In this document: positions 1 through 14,201 of the stretch, in pieces | Numbering within the stretch: position 1 is the stretch's first letter | How the letters are laid out: the number at the start of each line of letters is the position of its first letter | Assembly (NCBI GenBank): GCA_951406725.2 | Contig: OX597836.1 | Location: 3,100,001 to 3,164,000 of the forward strand | Direction of reading: 5' to 3' | Source of the DNA: Octopus vulgaris | Taxonomy: Eukaryota | DNA length: 64,000 nt | The notes under the pieces: generated by a model | What the model saw: only the letters and a program-made list of their open reading frames with translations | Told to the model about the DNA's origin: nothing | Databases searched by the model: none | Position numbers and translations under genes: made by a program

Positions 1-116
<116 letters not shown>

Positions 117-511
117 CTTTTATTATCATTCATGATCATCATCATAACAACAACAATTACAACAGCAACACCATGTATGATATATGTGTGTACATCTGTG
201 TGTGCGCGCGCATGCGTATGCACATTCCCAAAGCTGAACCATATCAATGTTATGGATGTTTTTAATCATACACGGATGCATAGAATCCATGAATTTGACC
301 ATTTCATCGTATGAGATGTTGTTGAGAATAGCAGCAAAGATGGCGGCATTTTTCATAAGCTCTGTGTTGACAATCAGCGTAGCACAGAGCTGACCGAGGG
401 AGGATTAACGTTATAAAACTTTAATACCAAAATATTGAATAAGTGTATGCAAGTTCACAGAAAGATAATATCATTGGTAAATCGATATACATCGGGGAGC
501 GGAGAGAGTTG

Positions 512-543
<32 letters not shown>

Positions 544-683
544 CGTGTATGAGTTAGTGTGTGAGAGAGAGAGAGAGACAGAAATTCGGTTAACGAGAAA
601 TATATATATATGTTTGTGAAGTAATGAGAATCACAAACACAGACAGGCATACACAGATATATGTATTCGTATACAACAGTGTA

Positions 684-721
<38 letters not shown>

Positions 722-1038
722 TTGATGTAAGTATATGCATACACACATATATGTATATGCATGTATGTAAATTTATGTATATGAATATATATAGATACAT
801 ACATATGGAGACATACACACGCGTATATATGTATATATATATATGTATTTATACACTATATACATATTTCTAGGTATACATATAATAAGTATGCAAATAC
901 GGGTGTGTATATTTACAGACAAATACATGTATTTGTATAAGATACACATATGAAAACGTCTTTATACATATAAATACGATTATATACACTTGTATATGTA
1001 TGCATTCACAGATATATATATATATATATATATATATA

Positions 1039-1076
<38 letters not shown>

Positions 1077-1110
1077 TGTGTGTGTGTGTGTGTGTGTGTA
1101 TGTGCATATA

Positions 1111-1146
<36 letters not shown>

Positions 1147-2146
1147 TAATCCAAACAAGAAAACACAAACATATATATATATACATACATATATATACAT
1201 ACGTATAAATGTGTGTAAATTTATATGTAAATATATATATATATGTATGTATGTATGTATTTATATGCATATATATATGTTTGCGCTTGAAAGAGAGGGA
1301 AACCGGGAGCTGTACACACACACGGACACACAGAAAGTAAGGGGGGAAAGAGATGCTGCGATCATCTGAGAGAGAAATGTAAAAACGATAGAAGGAATGA
1401 GAAGGAGCGAATGAAAGGTCGATGTAGACATTAGGTGAAAGGTGAGGAAAACAAACAGACCAACGTGTGTACGAGAGAGAAAGCGAAAGCGAAAGTGGAA
1501 AAAAGCGATAGAGACGGACGTAGGAAATGAAAGCAAGTAGTATGAGCGATACGACGTGTTATTGTGAATATAGAGCGGTGTGTACGCAGGGAGTATCGGC
1601 TATCAACAGGGTTTATCAGATTAATGTATATTCCATAAACGTTAGGCCTGATGGAATCAACTGAATTAATAACCTTATATTATAACGCCTACGCACCGAA
1701 ATCTCAATGGACGTTTGTGTAAATGCTGCCGTTGTTATATTTACCGATGTATTTGTTGTTGTCCACGGTATTTTTTTGTTTAGTTGTTGTTGTTGTTGGT
1801 GACGGTGATGGTGATGGTATTTAACCACAGGTCATACCTGATTGAAAAGATACACGAGGAAGATCATAGTATCAAAGTAGTCAGCTATTTTGACCACATG
1901 CTCTTTTTAAATTGTGTTTGTATTTTTTTTCTGTTGTTCTTCGCTTCTTGTTTCTAGTCTGATGTTCTTAAAGCGGCCAACTAAGCACAAGAATATGTTT
2001 TACATTATTCGTTTCGTATATTTCTTCTCTAAGATCAAATCCTACCAAGTGTCATTCTTCTCAGGTTGTTGTACATGTTCAAGTGGTGTGGGTAGACCTC
2101 TTCTGTGTCTGTCTGTCTATCTATCTATCTATCTATCTATCTCTCG

Positions 2147-2239
<93 letters not shown>

Positions 2240-2463
2240 TGTGCATACACATGCACACAAATACACAGGGATGCACAGACACATGTGCAGGTGCACACAC
2301 ACACACACAAACTCACACATATTTACACATAAATATATGTGTGTCATTCTTCAGTTTTATTTCAAGATTTTCTGCCAATATAGAAAGAATCAGTTTCTAA
2401 CTTACATCGAAGACTCGTTCATTGGAATTACAAGAACATCAACAGGGGATTTTTCTTTGTATG

Positions 2464-2497
<34 letters not shown>

Positions 2498-2721
2498 TGT
2501 ATGTATGTATGTATGTATGTATGTATGTATGTATGCATGTATATGTGCATATTTGTAAGTTTTGTTTATGGCTATGTACGTATCCATTCATGTATGTATG
2601 TATATATGTATGCTGTATCTTGTGTGTATGTACGTGTGTATCCATGCATGAAGTTCTGAAATTAACAAAACTCTCAATGAGTTCTGTCCAGATTCTGACT
2701 ACCTCGGTTTTCTACATACAT

Positions 2722-2760
<39 letters not shown>

Positions 2761-2996
2761 CAGATATATATATATATATTTCCCAATTTATATTCATCCT
2801 TGTTCCTTGTTATTTTATAATAATTACTGGTATCCTTATATATTACCATATTTTATATCTTATATATAAAGTATAATATGTTATATGTATGTATATTATT
2901 GTAATTGTCAGTTTAGTAAATAAGTAAATACGTTAACATAATAAAACGTCCAAAAGTTGATGAACCGCCAATTGATCTCCTCCATTTTCTTATTGC

Positions 2997-3031
<35 letters not shown>

Positions 3032-4147
3032 ACATAATTCAAAAGACAGAGTTAGTCGTATGCGTTGTAGAAGGTACCGATTTCAAACGGTTCTACGTCA
3101 ACATTATAATTAAATTTGATGGAGAACAAAGGAGAACAGTAATAGACTGCTTCTACCTCCTCACCGAGGAAAGAAAGAACTGTGGGAATGATTCATTAGT
3201 TTCACTCACCTTTGTTAACTTATAATCGAACGAATAACATTGCGCTTCTTTGCCAGATAACTTTGTATCTACAGCCACAATTCTTTGTTACTATATTAAT
3301 TGAATAGCTAGCCAATGAATTTAATTAATCTTTGTTAATTCACACATTCAGTGGCGGCCTCTATCTATTCGTTTCCATTAGTTTATTTTGTATTATAACA
3401 TTGTATAAATATGTAGACTACTGGAACATAAGTAATATCGGAATCAACCGGACAAGATTGCTCTACTTGTGTAGATCGATGTTGCCATATTTCAATAGTA
3501 ATGATTAATAGCGGCTTAAAACTACGAAGAGATGTTAAATAAAATGCATTCATTTACTGAGGCAATGGCTACGATGTTTGAAACTAAACGAGGTGAGGCT
3601 TGTCGAGGAAAAACTTCATAGAAACAGTGTCAGTTATGGGTAACTAGGATGTTTCATTTATATTTGATTTTTTAGTAGTCACAGACGTATATTCCTTTAT
3701 ACTGTACGTAACTATGAAGGTAGTAAATTAACATAATTTATTACTATGAGATATGTCATGAGACATAACATATTTCTAAAAAAATAAGAGTGTATAAAAT
3801 ATTTTTATACACAGAGAGGAGACCATTGACAGGACTCCTTACATGCTAGGAATGGCAGTAAAAACCAAACTACAAAAAAACAAAACAAAAATAATTCATG
3901 AGGCAAGCTATCATAACACTAGAACGAACAAAAAAATGAATTACTTAGTCTCGAACACGACGTCCACTATTAATGGACAAATATAATAATTTGGTATTTG
4001 CAACTACATAATTAAGTATTAATTAGCGATATCTATATATACGAGGAGTGTATGAAAAGATTTGAGTCTTCAAAGCTTTTGAGTCGTGAAGTCATGTACC
4101 ATGTTTTTTTTGGGGGGATGGGGGCTCATACATATATATATATATAC

Positions 4148-4215
<68 letters not shown>

Positions 4216-5206
4216 TATACATATATATATACACACACACACATATATATATATACATATATATATACATATATACATATATATGTATGTGTGTGGGTGA
4301 GTGTGTGTGCGTGAGTGTATGTATGTATGAATGTACTATATATTAGCTTGGAGTATGATGTGAGTTTTAGATTATGGGGCCGTATAGAAGGCAATACAGT
4401 TTCTCGAGCGGTGGCACGCAAAGATATCTGCGCAACGAAAGACGCACATGCGCTCACATATTTACATGTATATACGTGTAGATACATATGTGTACCTGTA
4501 TATATGCGTGTATTTTTGCGTGTGTCTGTGCTTGCGTGTGCGGAGATGTACGTTGGCGTGTGTGTGTGTTTACGTGTGTGGTGGGTGTTTGTGTGTGTGT
4601 GCTTGAAGCAAATAATGCTGTAGAAATCGGTGTGTAATTATTGACTCAAAACTAATCTAGTGAATAGAAAATACCGACGATTGCTTCTCAGCCTCAAAAA
4701 TCTACTCCTGTAAAAGTTCATGGCAGAAGTTCTTTCGTAATCGCAAAGTAATCGGTCGAATTTCTCTGTCCACTCTAGAAGGTCTGTTCTTAAAGCGAGA
4801 ATCCTATTTTCTTCTCACTATAAGAATTTTAAAATTCCGTGAGGCTTCTCTACTTGGTCTCTGACGGCGTATTTCGAAGTAGATAGAGCTACCTTTCAGC
4901 AGTACATTGGATATTTTTTCGAACATACAATAAAGACCACGACACAATATTAGAAACAAATGGTACATTGCGATTTGAGAGTAAGCTCTGAGGAGTGATG
5001 ATAGAAGGCGTTCCATCTTTGATTTTTTTTAGCACTTTGTGGAATGGAATTTTAATCGAAGAACACTTCCTGCAATAGATTAAAATTTTGCAAAGAGAAC
5101 AATTTCGATTACTTGTTACGTATACACGTAGACAAACCTACACACAAAAACACATTAAAACGGATGTAAATACATACATACATACATACACACGCGATTG
5201 TAGAAC

Positions 5207-5250
<44 letters not shown>

Positions 5251-5622
5251 TGTCCAGTAATACTATATTTGTTCCACGTCCTCGCGTTGTGTTTTTTCTG
5301 CTTTCTTGTTTGGATTAACTATATATATATATGTATATATGTATATATGTCTGTGTGTGTATGTATGTATATATGGCAACAATTTCAGTAGAGAGTATAT
5401 TTTAAAATCATACATACATATATTTACGCATGCGTGTGCGTGTTAGTATATACATACGTAAGTAGCACATAGACTTACACACCCATACACACACACACAC
5501 ATATATATGTATATATGTATGTATCTATCTATACATATATACATATATACATATATATATACATATATACATATATGTGTGCGTGTATCTGTGTGTGTGC
5601 ATGCACTATACACACATACACA

Positions 5623-5663
<41 letters not shown>

Positions 5664-6290
5664 TAAATTTAATATGGAGTATATGTATACATTTTTAGTC
5701 ATCACTGCATTCGTAAATTAATTAAAATTTATGACGCACACGAGACAGTCGCAAACAGCTGCCCTGTTTGCACAGCCTCACTGTGGATAGGAAATGCACG
5801 ATCCGCATGACGCCATTTTATGTGATATTATTACAGTTTCATCACCAATCGATTACTGTACAATTCACAGCGACTCTGAAATTTGCTTGGAGCCCCAGTT
5901 GATAATATCATAACTAAATCTGGGCAACTGATTTCAATATTAGACAAGTTGTCGACTGATACTTTTGGGACGTGAAATACAAACACGTCTAAAGTATTTA
6001 TTTTCTATACCAAGTCTTACTATGAAGTATATCAGCAGATTTTCAGCTATCAGCACATTCGTAAATAAATTAAGATGTAATACATGCATAAAATAGTCGT
6101 AATAGATTCTTATGGAGCCCCAATGAGATATGTCTACGGTGAGGTTGTCTAGTTATGAAAACAACAATACAAACTAAATTTCCGATCGATTATAGGTGAA
6201 ATCCTATGACATTTATTCACATTAGCTACAGATATTTCAAAAAAGAGAAATGATGAAAATCATATTCCAAACTAATAATAATAATAATAA

Positions 6291-7345
6291 ATTTTTTTCG
6301 AGCTCCTGAAGTCTTGCATGCGTTGCGGGCTTACTACGTGCAGCCTACGGTACCGTGCTATCCTTTATTTTCAGCTACCTAATACTTTCAGGATTATTCT
6401 GGTCGTGGCAAGGAAGCAAGACTTTTGTAGCAGTTCTACAGGGCAATTCTATTCCAATTTCCTTTATAATTCCCTTAATGTTTTCATCATTTGGTACTGC
6501 GAAGTCAATTACCCTGGCACTTTCTATTCTCTTTATTTACTACTACCAAATCAGGCTTTCTAGCTTCTATTACTCTGTCTGAATGTTAAAGGCCTACAGC
6601 ATCTTGCATTTCTTACTTTCTAGTTCTTTACTAGGTTCATGTTCATGCCATTTATCTGTTTGGTCAAATCCTAGCTTTCTACATATCTCGTAGTGAATTG
6701 CTCACTCTAGTTTGTCATATCTTTTTTTTCTCTTTCTGTGAAAGCATGCTACATTTACTTACTGTATGAGTGAGGCATTCCTGTTTGGGTTTACATAATC
6801 TACATTTGGAATCTACTTGGTTTTTGTCTATCTTGATTCTTACACACTTAGTCCTTAATGCTTGAACTTTTGCAGCTACTAACAAACGTTTGGTCTTTCT
6901 CTTCAACTTTCCTTTCTGCAACCATAACCATGTCGCACATCTAATATTGGCTGCAGCTCTCTGTGAGGATCTACCGTGTAACGCCATTTCCTGCCAGTCA
7001 AATAATTTCTGTTCTTTATTCTGGTTTTTAACTTTGTTTGAGTTTTGGTTTCCCTGTGTCTTGCTGTGACTCTAGCGGCTTTTAGTAAACTTTCTGCACT
7101 ATTACTTTCAGATGAATCCATATCCACTCTAGCTAACACCGAGCAGTCTTTTAATGATATTAACCCTCTCGTGCCTTACATTCCAGGAAAGTATAAACAT
7201 GCTACTCCTGCCCTTAGGTGGAGACCTCCTAGTTCTTCTGTGCAGTTTTGTTAATTCAGTTTTTGTCCAATCTGCAAAAGCTGTTGAGCGCCAAGTAATG
7301 ATGCTACTCAAGTATTTACAGCTTACGATTTTCTCTTCAGTTTCT
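6291..7345 (-). mobile_element. Decayed 3' fragment of an R4/Dong-like non-LTR retrotransposon (post-RT region, CCHC finger, restriction-like endonuclease C-terminus)
   Basis: Minus-strand peptides DWTKTELTKLHRRTR, WLQKGKLKRKTKRLLVAAKVQALRT, KCRLCKPKQECLTHTVSKC (C-x2-C-x8-H-x4-C) and terminal LQKSCFLATTRIILKVLGS* match motifs I recognise from R4/Dong ORFs. There are stops and frameshifts, and the 3' end abuts a short TAA/TTA run at 6273-6290. Confidence 0.85.
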
Positions 7346-7349
7346 TTGC

Positions 7350-8580
7350 TTTTTGCGTACGTCACGAAACTCCATCGAAATTTTCATTTTCTTATTAGTT
7401 TTCTCTTTTTCTGCACCGCTCCTGGTATTTTCTTTTCTTCCACCACTTTGGACAGTCTCTCCAAATGTTCTCCCTCCACTAGAACAACCGGTGTCTTCTC
7501 AAAGAAAAGTTCACAATTTTCTTCTTAAAAGAAATACTTCACATTTTCCCCCCAAAAGCTCATTATAAATTTATTACCTTTTGCTTGAAATTCTCTAACC
7601 TTGTATAGTCCACAACCGGCTGCCTTCCATCAAAGTACACCGGATCCTCCATCCTTATGATAAATTCACTGTAATGTCTCTTTAGTTCGTCGCTCATTAA
7701 CTCATTCACCAACACACACATTTCCTCCTCTCCGAACCTCCCCTTAGGCAGCTTCACTCTAACCAACTTTTTCCACTTTGACATTTTCTTCTCTACCTCT
7801 ATTGATTTCGTATAAAAAATCTGCATTCCTTTATGCTCACGGAACGTCGCACCTTCTGGTCTTCTCTCTGGATTCTTATCTACTTCGTGTGTTTCGGGTG
7901 GCTCAATATCTTTTATGTCCGCCTTCCCTGCTTCTGCTGTCGCTCTCTGTAACACTTGCCTTGATTTCGCCTTCTTCTTTCTCTTGGGGCTGACGATCCC
8001 ATCACTCCTCTCTTTTGCCGCTACCAACTACTCCTTCTTAATTTCAGGAGGCACCCTTGCTATCCTGACCCGGACGTAGCGCCTTCCCTTATACGTAGGT
8101 AACAGCACAACATTTTCCGATCTCGGGGTAGCGGCGGAGTGGGGGACCGTCTCTTCTATGGTTGTAAACCTCACCTCCACCGTGCCATATCTCCTTCCTT
8201 TGCTTACGAATGTCGCCTTTTATAAAAAAATTTTCTAGGCATTCATCCACATTTTCCTCCGATAATTTTTCAATTTTATTTATAGTGATCGTTTGCATGC
8301 GGTACAGCACCGTTTTCTCACTTTTCTCTTCGGTAGACTCTTGACAGAGGACCAGCTTAATTGCGCCATGCTCCTTCTTCACCAAGCACAACCCATTCGC
8401 TATTTCTTCTTTATCAATATGCACCCTCCTGGCTTCCAACGGAGTAGCTTGCCATAACGCTATGCCTTTCGTCACTCCCAATGGGGAGAAAAAGAACAAA
8501 AGCAACAGCAGCAAGCAGCAACAACACGCACGAGACGCTTCAGCAATAATATTAACAGCAAAAAGTAACAACGGCTCTCA
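7350..8580 (-). mobile_element. Degenerate ORF1-like region, probably from an L1/Tx1-type non-LTR element
   Basis: Purine-rich sense strand with broken frames (ORFs 8089-8571 and 7563-8027). A third frame reads RYGTVEVRFTTIEE...LLPTYKGRRYVRVRIARVPPEIKKE*LVAA, resembling RRM-like ORF1 segments. The clade assignment is inference. Confidence 0.5.
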
Positions 8581-8585
8581 TCTTC

Positions 8586-9480
8586 TTCTCGTTTTCTTTA
8601 TTAGCCACAAGGACCCAAATATAGAGAGGGACAAACAAGGACAGATATGACACCACAGAGGGGACAATACATAGACCGAATATGATGAGATGGTTATACA
8701 ATAATGGGGTTATGAATGGCTGCATGCGCCCCTCATCACATGCATTACCGTTAATCTTTTTAAACTGTCCGTTTTATCATGTATTTAACTAACAATTAAT
8801 TATCGTCTGCCATTACAGTTATTTGAACCGTTATATACGTTCTCTAAAATTGTTCTATTTTCCGATATTATTAAACATAACATAAAACACTTACTCTTTC
8901 TTTTTTTTCCTTCTTTTTTCTTTTTTCTTTTCTTTTCTCCTGTCGCTTTGACATACTTATGTATTTTTAGTAATATTTCATTAGTGGTTCGATTTCTACT
9001 AAATCCACTACTATTGGCAATTCTTTGAATTCCACCCTTCTTCCTGATGGGTCAATGTTATCTCCACACATTTCTTGCAGTCTTTTATAACTTTCCTCTT
9101 CAATTACTATCGCCTTCATCTCCTCTGCATATATGTATGCTATACATTCTCTGTTTCAATATTCTTTGGGTAGGTTACGTAATACCATACACCGTTTCCT
9201 TTAATTTTCTTTCCTTTATTTTGCCTTTTCTGTTCTCTCTTTTCCTCCTCCACTCTAAACAGTCTCTCTAATTCTTCTTCGGTCAGCTGAATTTCCGAAT
9301 CCTTTTCTACCGGAGCAACTGGTATTTTTACTTGCAGCTCCACTTTCTAACAGTTCTCACCTTCTTATCACTAAAATTCACGGGATTTGACGCACAACCA
9401 AACAAGTTAGACTTACGTCTAACGTAACTTAAAATCAACTCAAACCGCCTGTGAAGTAAACAGGAAAACAGTTTTCATGC
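8586..9480 (-). mobile_element. Probable internally deleted non-LTR element: charged ORF remnant plus 3' UTR ending in AATAAA
   Basis: Lys/Glu-rich remnant at 9140-9343. The minus-strand 3' end ...ctgtccttgtttgtccctctctatatttgggtccttgtggctAATAAAgaaaac resembles the SINE tail at 16738-16790. Confidence 0.4.
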
Positions 9481-11379
9481 TACACTGTAAGGGCAAAGTA
9501 CATCGTTAAAATGGGGGACGCTATTGTTATTATCCAAAACTGAAACTATGAAAAATTGGCTACACCCTGGCAAACTTTATAAATAGAGATAATTTTACAC
9601 ACACACACACACACACCCAGTGACAGTTTTGTTCAATTGGATTGCCTGTTTGGTTCGTACACTTTGTGTTTTGTGTTGGGCATTTGTGAAATTGTTTATG
9701 CTCCACGAATTCGCCAGCACTTTTGTCAAATTTAAAATCATTTCTGTTTCACATCTGGGTGAGTAAAAATAAAAATCTCTTATGTTATGTCATAATATTT
9801 ATGTGAATTTTGAATCCTGCATTTGTAGCAGGCTGTGTAGTCATTTTGCTAGCTATTTTCTGTGAAGATAAAAGTTAAAATTTGCATAAATAGCTAAAGG
9901 GTGTATGAATTTGATTATTTCATGTAGACATATTTTTGTATTAGACAACTAATTATAAATGCTGTATAATGGTTATTCAGCACGCTTGTATGAAGTAGTT
10001 TTGTGTGAATTTAAGCAAACTAGCTTATTGTTTGACTATTTAACTATAATTATTGATGTAGTCTGTCAGCTGTTCTGTGTCGTGAAGTTTTAGTTTAAAT
10101 GGTTGCTTTGACATTAGATTAAATTATGTTTAGGTCCAAGGTATGACATTCCAAGGTTCGAAACTCAAGGTTGAACAAAGAATTGATAGACCGATTTTAT
10201 GAAGTCATGGTTCGAAATCCACTGCTGAAATCCGAGGTGTAGCATTTGCTGTTTGTATATATATATTTGTTTGTAAGTAAGCTGTATATATATTTGTCTA
10301 TATATTTGTCTATATATTTGTATATATATTTGTTTGTAAGTTAAACGCCGAATTCCCAGTTGGTTCTTTGTTCCTGTCCATGACAAAAATCGCAGACTAT
10401 AACTTACACGTGATCAGAGAAACAGAAATTTCACAATCCGCTAAGTTAACACAGCGATCTCACTCAGTACACTTCTCATGAAAGTCACTGGTAGCTCTCA
10501 CTGCGCACGCAACAGTGTGCTGCCATCTGTTGGTGCGCAAAAGAAATAGTCCCTCAACGTTTGATACCATTCGTATATATATGAGAAAGAGAGAGACTCA
10601 TATACATGTGTGTGTGTGTATATATATATATGTGTGTTTGAGAGAGAGAGAGTATGTATTGTTGGGGCCTGTGTGTAGGCATATGTGTATCTAGACATGT
10701 AATGCAATGTTTAGCTTCTACATACATGTTTATAGTTATTTTGGATATCTGTGTTTTTCTGGAGGGAAAGCTCATTTAAATGTCCGCTTTGTTCTAAAAG
10801 CAGATGTTGAATTTAATCTGCTCAAACGATAACCGTAATCAAATCCCTAATCTTTAACCACACGTTAATCGAAGGCTTTTAACAGAAATATTGGTTAACA
10901 TAAATTTAACCAGGTTTATGCATATCAGATCAAAATTACTTCAGACCATCTTCACAACCACACAAACTGCTACCACGTCTCTTTATAAATAAACTCAGTC
11001 TTTTTTCAGAAATTGCCGAGTACAATTGCACTATACAATAAGACGAGAACATTATATAACGGACAATAATACAAACGGAAATGAAGAAATATGGCAAAAG
11101 AATAATTCCACTGATCAAACCTGAAAATAAGAATAAGTTCTTTTTTTTAAGAAAGCGGAAATGCAATAGAGTGAATCGATTTAAACATGAAGACAGGAAG
11201 TAAACATCGCTTATCGACCTGACTGAAACCGGATGCTTGACACTTAGAAGTCACCAGAATAGTAAATGATTCGTACATATTTACGATGTTTTCTAACTAG
11301 AATTATGAAGGTGTGTCGACACATTTTAGCGAGAACAGGAGTTTTTCCTCTACTGTTGATTATATACACATATTTTTCC

Positions 11380-11915
11380 AATAATATTTCCAATCATAAA
11401 AACAACAAAAAGACCAGATTTAGTCCCATGGAACAGAGAACGGAGAATATGAATTTTGCTAGAACTGACAGTGCAATGGAAAGGGAACATCGGCAATGCA
11501 GAGGAACGAAAGGAGAAGAGGTACGAAAAACTAATCGAAGAATGTAGAGAACAGGGATGGACTGTCGAGTATTACCACCTGGCAATAGGGGCTAGGGCTT
11601 CATTGAAAGAAAAATGTCAACGTTATTCAAAAGAAGATTTGCTTTTTCTAGCTCCGAGCTGCGAAAACTAATAAGGAGAGTACAAGAGGCAGTCGAAAAA
11701 GCCAGGTATTTAAAGGGAAAATTTGACAAGACAGTCAGTCACCCGCTGATACTCGTTGACGCTACATCGAAGAGGCCAGGGAACAGAAGAAAGAAGAAAG
11801 AAGACATGCAGAGGAGTAGGGGCCGAAACCGCACGTGGTTCCTCCTGATGATGTCTCAAGCTAACTGGATCCTATAAAGGAGCTGTTGTGTTAGCAGACC
11901 ACGAAACACCGTTGC
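11380..11915 (+). mobile_element. 3' fragment of a Hero/R2-like non-LTR retrotransposon (restriction-like endonuclease domain plus 3' UTR)
   Basis: From 11411: RPDLVPWNRERRI*ILLELTVQWKGNIGNAEERKEKRYEKLIEECREQGWTVEYYHLAIGAR, then after a frameshift FIERK...RRVQEAVEKA. This fits the RPD..ELTVPWE..A.ERK..KY..L...GW..G.RG pattern of RLE-type LINEs. Confidence 0.85.
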
Positions 11916-12562
11916 AATTCCTTATTGGATTGTGTGTATATTAAAACTGTGATTCTGTAAACTAAATAAACGAGGCACAGTGACGGGTTGAAATCAAAAT
12001 TTAGCAACTTCACTGCTATATTGTATGTCGGCAGTTCATTTCCACGAGACTTACTATCTGTGCGTGTCTGTTTCTCATGAATGAGAGACTGGGACAACCC
12101 CATCCTTATTTACATTACTTAGCGTGATAAAGATTCATTTGTGATTTCCCATAAGACTGTTATCTTTTTTCCAATAAATCCATATCTACAGAGAGCCGTG
12201 GGGACAAGGTAATGAACAAATTTTTCTCGTCAAAATCGAGCTGTTAAATAATAGTATCATGACTGCAGATGGATAGGCTGCAATCATTGGTATTATGCAG
12301 CGGCTTACCTTTCCGCTGTTGATTTATATTTCAACCACGATATTCCATGTAAGTATCACTGTACATATTTTGCGTTTTCGCTCAGCGCGTCCACGCTCAG
12401 CTGCTTTAGATTCCATCTGTAGCTCGTCAGATCCTCTGTGGCAGTTTGATCGGTGTAACACATTTGAATGTCCTAGAGATCACATTGTCATGATAATAAC
12501 TACTAGCAGTAACCAAGAGCACACACACACATACTATAGCATACTAGAGTTGCTTTTATTTC

Positions 12563-12628
<66 letters not shown>

Positions 12629-12690
12629 ATATATATATATACGTATATATATATGTGTGTATATGTATATGTGTATATGTATATGCATGT

Positions 12691-12766
<76 letters not shown>

Positions 12767-12796
12767 ATATATATATGTATATATATACATATATCC

Positions 12797-13066
12797 CGGA
12801 CCGGGCTGCGTGTTGTGTTCTTGAGCAAGGCACTTTATTTCACGTTGCTCCAGTTCACTCAGCTGTAGAAATGAGTTGCGACGTCACTGGTGCCAAGCTG
12901 TATCGACCTTTGCCTTTCCCTTGGATAACACTGGTGGTGTGGAGAGGGGAGGCTGGTATGCATGGGCGACTGCTGGTCTCCCATAAACAACCTTGCCCGG
13001 ACTTGTGTCTAGGAGGGTAACTTTCTAGGTGCAATCCCATGGTCATTCATGACCGAAGGGGGTCTT
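12797..13066 (+). mobile_element. 5'-truncated SINE (family D here)
   Basis: Colinear with 52555-52810 (tgtgttcttgagcaag...gctgtagaaatgagt...ccaagctgtatcg...cttgcccggacttgtg...tttctaggtgc). Flanked by TA-rich microsatellite. Confidence 0.85.
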
Positions 13067-13138
13067 TATATGTATGTATATATATGTATGCATATATATG
13101 TATGTATATATATGTGTGTATGTATATATATGTGTGTG

Positions 13139-13181
<43 letters not shown>

Positions 13182-13184
13182 CAA

Positions 13185-13385
13185 ACTCGGAGCGAACAAA
13201 TTGGAGGTCATCCTGTCAAATTGATTCAACTTGCACGAACGGAGTTCGGGGTGCAGGGCAAAGGCGAAAACTGAATGGCAAATACGCTGCCTGCGCTGTC
13301 CTGCAACCCTCATAATTGCAACATCTGTGGGCTTCTTTGTCAATCCTTGGCGGAGCACAAATAGTTTGACATAAGCATTCTGACT
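13185..13385 (+). mobile_element. Possible 3' remnant of an RTE-like LINE with C-terminal zinc-finger-like peptide
   Basis: Peptides ERTNWRSSC..QRRK and, in another frame, HNCNICGLLCQSLAEHK resemble RTE C-termini; heavily decayed. Confidence 0.4.
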
Positions 13386-13727
13386 AACAAAAAGAATTAT
13401 AGGCTGTCGGATCCTGATACGTTTAAACCGATGGGAGAGTCCATTACGTTTGCGTGTGTGTGTGGTGGGGGGGAGGGAATGTATGTGAGGCAGGGCGTGA
13501 ATTAATATCTGATATATGACATAAATGATCAGTTATATCATATTCTAAATAAAGTTTCCTCTTAACACGAGAAGAGAAAACAGGTAATTTAAACTAATGT
13601 ATACGAGGACGCACACATAGAATCACACACATGCACATACATATATTGATAGGCATCCATACACATATACTTGCGCACTCGTCCGTGTATATGCGTGTAT
13701 GTGCGTGCGTGTGTATGTGCATCTATG

Positions 13728-13758
<31 letters not shown>

Positions 13759-13988
13759 GACTTCAGACGTATATTGCAATGTGTGACTCCGATAATGATT
13801 TCGTGTTCCACTATCAATAACGTTCTCTAAGGGAAAACATAATGAGGCAATTATTGGCGAAAGCCATTCGAATATATTTTTAACGATGATTAGAAATCAA
13901 ATCCCATTTCTCATTCGAATTTCTTAATAATATGACATACATACGAATACATAAATATATTATATATATACACATACACATGTATGTT

Positions 13989-14048
<60 letters not shown>

Positions 14049-14158
14049 TCTATTTTTATATATGTCTGTATATGTGCATTTACATATATATTCATTTATT
14101 TTTATATATGTCTTTATATATGTTCATTTATTTATACATATATATATATATATACATT

Positions 14159-14201
<43 letters not shown>

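Noticed and set aside
9480-10575. Possible Tc1/mariner terminal remnants (ends near 9926 and 10574; also tacgagg at ~4040)
   Set aside because: Only short one-sided resemblance; no paired TIR or transposase peptide found.
12370-12435. CTGACGA..GAAA on the minus strand as a hammerhead
   Set aside because: No helix III or UH cleavage triplet, and no helix I can be formed.
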